Source of the DNA: an uncultured Gammaproteobacteria bacterium | Lineage (GTDB): Bacteria > Patescibacteriota > Patescibacteriia > Magasanikbacterales > GCA-002688135 | NCBI GenBank assembly: GCA_964536205.1 | Contig: CAZHVT010000002.1 | Span: 67,982 to 120,008, forward strand | Direction of reading: 5' to 3' | Length of the DNA: 52,027 bases | Shown here: in pieces, positions 49,130-52,027 of the stretch | How positions within the stretch are numbered: the stretch's first letter is position 1 | Layout: the number at the start of each line of letters is the position of its first letter | Translations under genes and position numbers: made by a program | Notes under the pieces: model-generated | What the model saw: the letters and a program-made list of their open reading frames with translations, nothing else | Told to the model about the DNA's origin: nothing | Databases searched by the model: none

Positions 49130-50422
49130 TTATTCCTCTCGTAAATCAAGAGTAAAGAAACCAGTTTTATTTTTGATAGTTCCCGAGAGATAGACGGATA
49201 AACCTTTTTCATCACTCACAATTTCGTCAATCGAAACATCTTGCAATAAGCCGGTTGTTTGATGTTCAGATTCTTGTGTATTAAACGCAATCAATTCATT
49301 CCCACGAGAAACTAAAATATATTCCGTGCCATGCAAAGGTTCGACAGTTCGAATATCTCCGCCATATCGCGCAATAGTCCGTAATTGATCGTCAGAAACA
49401 TCCCATCGAATAATCTCAAATCGATTATAAAAATACGCAACATTTTCATTTTTCCAAACAACGGTATATCGATCATATGGCATCAGTGAAACCAATCCAG
49501 TCTCATCAACGTAACTCACGCGATTATCATGTACAAACAATGTTCGAAAATCAGATTCAAGAAGAAAAGTAGATTTTTTTTCATCAATAAACACTATCTC
49601 CTGATCATCAAGCGAAACCTCCACAAGTTGGCCAACGCGATCAACATCTCGCAAAATAAAAGCAGAATCATCAGACAGTCCGATAATCTGTGTCGCATGA
49701 GTAATGACTTCCGGATCATGCGCACGGCTGACAGAAATACGCACAAGCCGATCTGAAATATCAATCACATACACATCGTCAGATGAAGTTTTTGACCAAA
49801 CAATTTGTCCATACGAAAGCGGCACAATCGGACGATCATCCACAAAAATAACTCGATGGGCATTTCCAGTACGCAACAAAATCGCAGAAGAATCATTATT
49901 CAAAGAAAATTCCCAATCAGCTACAAAATCTGTTTTGTATAATGAATCCCAAGTACTCGATTCTGGTGTGTAAAGAAATAATTCTTTCCCTGTCGGATTT
50001 TTAGTCTCAACGACAAATTTTTTGTATGAAGGATGCGGAGTGATAGAAACAATCTCTGAATCACGAAGAAGTTCTGGCGCAGATTGCTTCAGTAAAAAAA
50101 CCGGAGAAATAACTAAACTTTCTCCAGCTCGAACATCTCGCGCAAACCAAACCTCATGATATCCCTCACTCTTCAAAACGATATTATAAAAGTTGGGCGC
50201 AACTCCTTTTTGTTTCAATGGCAGACGATCAGAAACCTTTTTATCATCCAAATAAACTTGCGTATTGCGCGGCTCTCCATCAACAATAATAATCCCAACT
50301 CGAGAAACTAACCCAGATTTAAAATCAAACCGATAACCTGAAGCATAAAAAATCAGCGCAGGCGCTGCGATGAAGAAAAGTAGTAGAAAGATGGGGAATA
50401 CGAATTTTGGAAGTTTGGACAT
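49130..50422 (-). CDS. PEGA-domain membrane-anchored protein
   Basis: ATG 50422 (MSKLPKFVFPIFLLLFFIAAPALIF TM), then IIVDGEPRNTQVYLDDKKV PEGA-like module. Confidence 0.7.
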   Translation of the reverse strand: MSKLPKFVFPIFLLLFFIAAPALIFYASGYRFDFKSGLVSRVGIIIVDGEPRNTQVYLDDKKVSDRLPLKQKGVAPNFYNIVLKSEGYHEVWFARDVRAGESLVISPVFLLKQSAPELLRDSEIVSITPHPSYKKFVVETKNPTGKELFLYTPESSTWDSLYKTDFVADWEFSLNNDSSAILLRTGNAHRVIFVDDRPIVPLSYGQIVWSKTSSDDVYVIDISDRLVRISVSRAHDPEVITHATQIIGLSDDSAFILRDVDRVGQLVEVSLDDQEIVFIDEKKSTFLLESDFRTLFVHDNRVSYVDETGLVSLMPYDRYTVVWKNENVAYFYNRFEIIRWDVSDDQLRTIARYGGDIRTVEPLHGTEYILVSRGNELIAFNTQESEHQTTGLLQDVSIDEIVSDEKGLSVYLSGTIKNKTGFFTLDLREE

Positions 50423-50546
50423 ATTTTTTCGTAACTCGTAAAGCATAAAGAGTAAAATGTGTCGCGAAGCGACGATTATAGATGTGTCGCTTCGCGACCC
50501 CTTAAACCGCATTACGAGTTACGCTTTACGCTTTACGATTCCTATG
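50423..50546. repeat. hairpin element with aaatgtgtcgcgaagcgacgatt core, copy 2
   Basis: Core 50455-50477 followed by its inverted copy gtcgcttcgcgac (50487-50499); arms built from ttacg words. Confidence 0.75.
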
Positions 50547-50575
50547 TTGACCTTCAGCGATCTATGCTATACTAT
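50547..50575 (+). promoter_or_regulatory. candidate murA promoter
   Basis: TTGACC-17 nt-TACTAT. Confidence 0.5.
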
Positions 50576-50610
50576 ACCGCACCTAGAAACGACAGATAAG
50601 AATAACACCT

Positions 50611-51897
50611 ATGCCATCAGTAACAATAAAAGGGGGGGTAAAACTACGCGGCGAAGTGCCTATTTTTGGTATGAAAAACGCTGTATTGCCGTGTATTGCA
50701 GCGACAATTCTAACATCTCAACCAGTAACGCTCAAGAATGTACCACGAATCACAGATGCTATCAATATGCTCAAGATCATCGAGAGTTTGGGCGGTACTG
50801 TTGAGTGGATTGAGGAGCACACCGTGAAAATTCAATGCGATAATCTGAACATTGACACACTTGATAAAAAACAGGTGAAATCAATGCGCTCAAGTGTGTT
50901 ATTGATGGGGCCGCTTATGGCGCGCTTTAATCAGATCGAACTTTCAGAGCCAGGTGGATGCATTATTGGAAATCGTCCGATGGATGATCATATTGCGGTG
51001 TTCAAAGGTTTTGGTGCAGAGATAAATCGTATTGAGGGCGGATTACAATTACGTGCAACAAAACTACAAGGATCAACATTCTTTGCGAGATTTTCAGTTA
51101 CTGCAACAGAAAATGCTTTGATGGCAGCATCACTTGCAGAAGGGACAACAACAATTAAATTAGCAGCCCGCGAACCACATGTCTGTAATCTTATCGATAT
51201 GTTGGTAGCAATGGGGGCAAAAATTTCAGGACGTGGCACATCAACCTTAACTATTGTTGGAGTCGAAAAATTACATGGATGCGATCACGAAATAATCCCA
51301 GACCAAATCGAAATCGGAACATTCATTGCCGCAGCAGCCGCAACACGAGGTGAATTATTTTTAAAACCAATTGTCGCAGAACACTTAGATGCAATATTCG
51401 CACTCATGGAAAAAATGAAGCTTCCTTATGAAGTAAAAGGCGACACATTACACATCATGCCAAACGGTTCGCTCAAATCATTCAAATTACAAACCGGCCC
51501 ATACCCATCATTCCCAACAGATTTACAGGCTCCATTTGGAGTGATAGCCATGCAAGCTTCAGGCACATCTTTAATTCACGACACCATGTTTGAGGGAAGA
51601 TTAGGATACATCAATGAATTGATTAAGATGGGGGCCAACGCAACCATCTGTGATCCACATCGCGTTTTAATTACTGGTCCTACGCCGCTATATGGAACAG
51701 AAATCAGATCGTTAGATTTACGAGCTGGCGTAACATTGGTAATCGCCGCATTAGTTGCAGAAGGACAAACAACAATCCACGACGCCCAAATTTTGGATCG
51801 TGGATACTACAAATGGCGCGAAAGATTCCAGGCAATCGGAGCAGAGATTAAGACAGAAATGCCCAAAGAAGTTGAAAGTTTAGTACGAACAATGTAA
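50611..51897 (+). CDS. murA: UDP-N-acetylglucosamine 1-carboxyvinyltransferase
   Basis: ISGAKNA-equivalent GMKNAVLP, active-site loop EPGGCIIGNRPMD, FPTDLQAP. Confidence 0.95.
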   Translation: MPSVTIKGGVKLRGEVPIFGMKNAVLPCIAATILTSQPVTLKNVPRITDAINMLKIIESLGGTVEWIEEHTVKIQCDNLNIDTLDKKQVKSMRSSVLLMGPLMARFNQIELSEPGGCIIGNRPMDDHIAVFKGFGAEINRIEGGLQLRATKLQGSTFFARFSVTATENALMAASLAEGTTTIKLAAREPHVCNLIDMLVAMGAKISGRGTSTLTIVGVEKLHGCDHEIIPDQIEIGTFIAAAAATRGELFLKPIVAEHLDAIFALMEKMKLPYEVKGDTLHIMPNGSLKSFKLQTGPYPSFPTDLQAPFGVIAMQASGTSLIHDTMFEGRLGYINELIKMGANATICDPHRVLITGPTPLYGTEIRSLDLRAGVTLVIAALVAEGQTTIHDAQILDRGYYKWRERFQAIGAEIKTEMPKEVESLVRTM

Positions 51898-51963
51898 ATG
51901 AATCGGAGTCCATAATATTCGCACCAAACCTGTCTAGATTCAGCCCAGTTAAGCACGAACAAT

Positions 51964-52027
51964 ATAGGCGGAAGGAAAACGTATTCGCAGTGAAACGGAG
52001 AATACTTTTCCGTTACTATAAGTGCCG
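51964..52027. repeat. 64-nt conserved hairpin element, copy 2 (runs to the window edge)
   Basis: 58/64 identical to 22544-22607. Confidence 0.85.

Noticed and set aside
1-52027. Alternative genetic code (UGA or UAG reassignment, as in some CPR lineages)
   Set aside because: Housekeeping ORFs (uvrA, uvrC, rsmH, dnaB, murA and others) close at expected lengths on TAA, TAG and TGA. Reading through the uvrA TGA meets another TGA 2 codons on and a TAA 5 codons after that. The single in-frame TAG at 4702 is an isolated case.
1-52027. CRISPR arrays, rRNA or tRNA genes
   Set aside because: There are no regularly spaced direct repeats with unique spacers. The repeats present are hairpins at scattered loci. 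I also saw no T-loop (GTTCRANYC) with matching 5-bp stems and an acceptor arm, and no rRNA-like stretches.

Overview
This 52-kb window comes from an AT-leaning, small-gene bacterial genome. Its gene content and style resemble Candidate Phyla Radiation (Patescibacteria) genomes; that assignment is inference only. Standard code 11 fits all long ORFs.

Housekeeping genes I recognise:
- uvrA (3' part), a RumA/TrmA-type rRNA methyltransferase, msrB and uvrC
- the dcw head mraZ-rsmH-ftsL-like, followed by a membrane-anchored ClpC/ClpB-like ATPase
- a four-helix-bundle (23S IVS-type) gene and a WecA/MraY-family transferase
- rplU, recR-ybaB-dnaB and murA

From about 29.5 to 47.8 kb there is a large envelope-glycosylation cluster: two GT-C membrane enzymes, four GT2 genes, an RfbB-RfbD fusion and a long-form sugar nucleotidyltransferase. 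It is interrupted by monocistronic orphan cassettes and an ECF sigma/anti-sigma pair.

An AT-rich islet at about 25.4-29.6 kb carries a convergent restriction-modification pair whose methyltransferase is fused to a LexA-type wHTH domain, plus a Cas4-like nuclease and an HD hydrolase.

I found no rRNA, tRNA or CRISPR array.

The most unusual signals, in order of interest:
1. An 808-nt ORF-free, GC-enriched gap (44823-45630) resolves on the minus strand into two paralogous promoter-to-terminator structured RNA candidates.
2. Several families of hairpin repeats are present, some inserted in frame inside rumA-like, uvrC and GT4 genes. One carries the four-helix-bundle gene as cargo and has an empty copy elsewhere. 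One shows compensatory stem changes between copies.
3. The uvrA 3' end is duplicated around an inserted ORF.
4. A surface-protein gene is split by a single in-frame TAG, and a small gene is broken at a G7 run.
5. A GTGGG x3 MraZ-type operator precedes a roughly 400-nt leader.
6. A consensus promoter fires antisense into a solitary PemK/MazF-like toxin gene.

All coordinates and motifs were read by eye, and no database search was possible.
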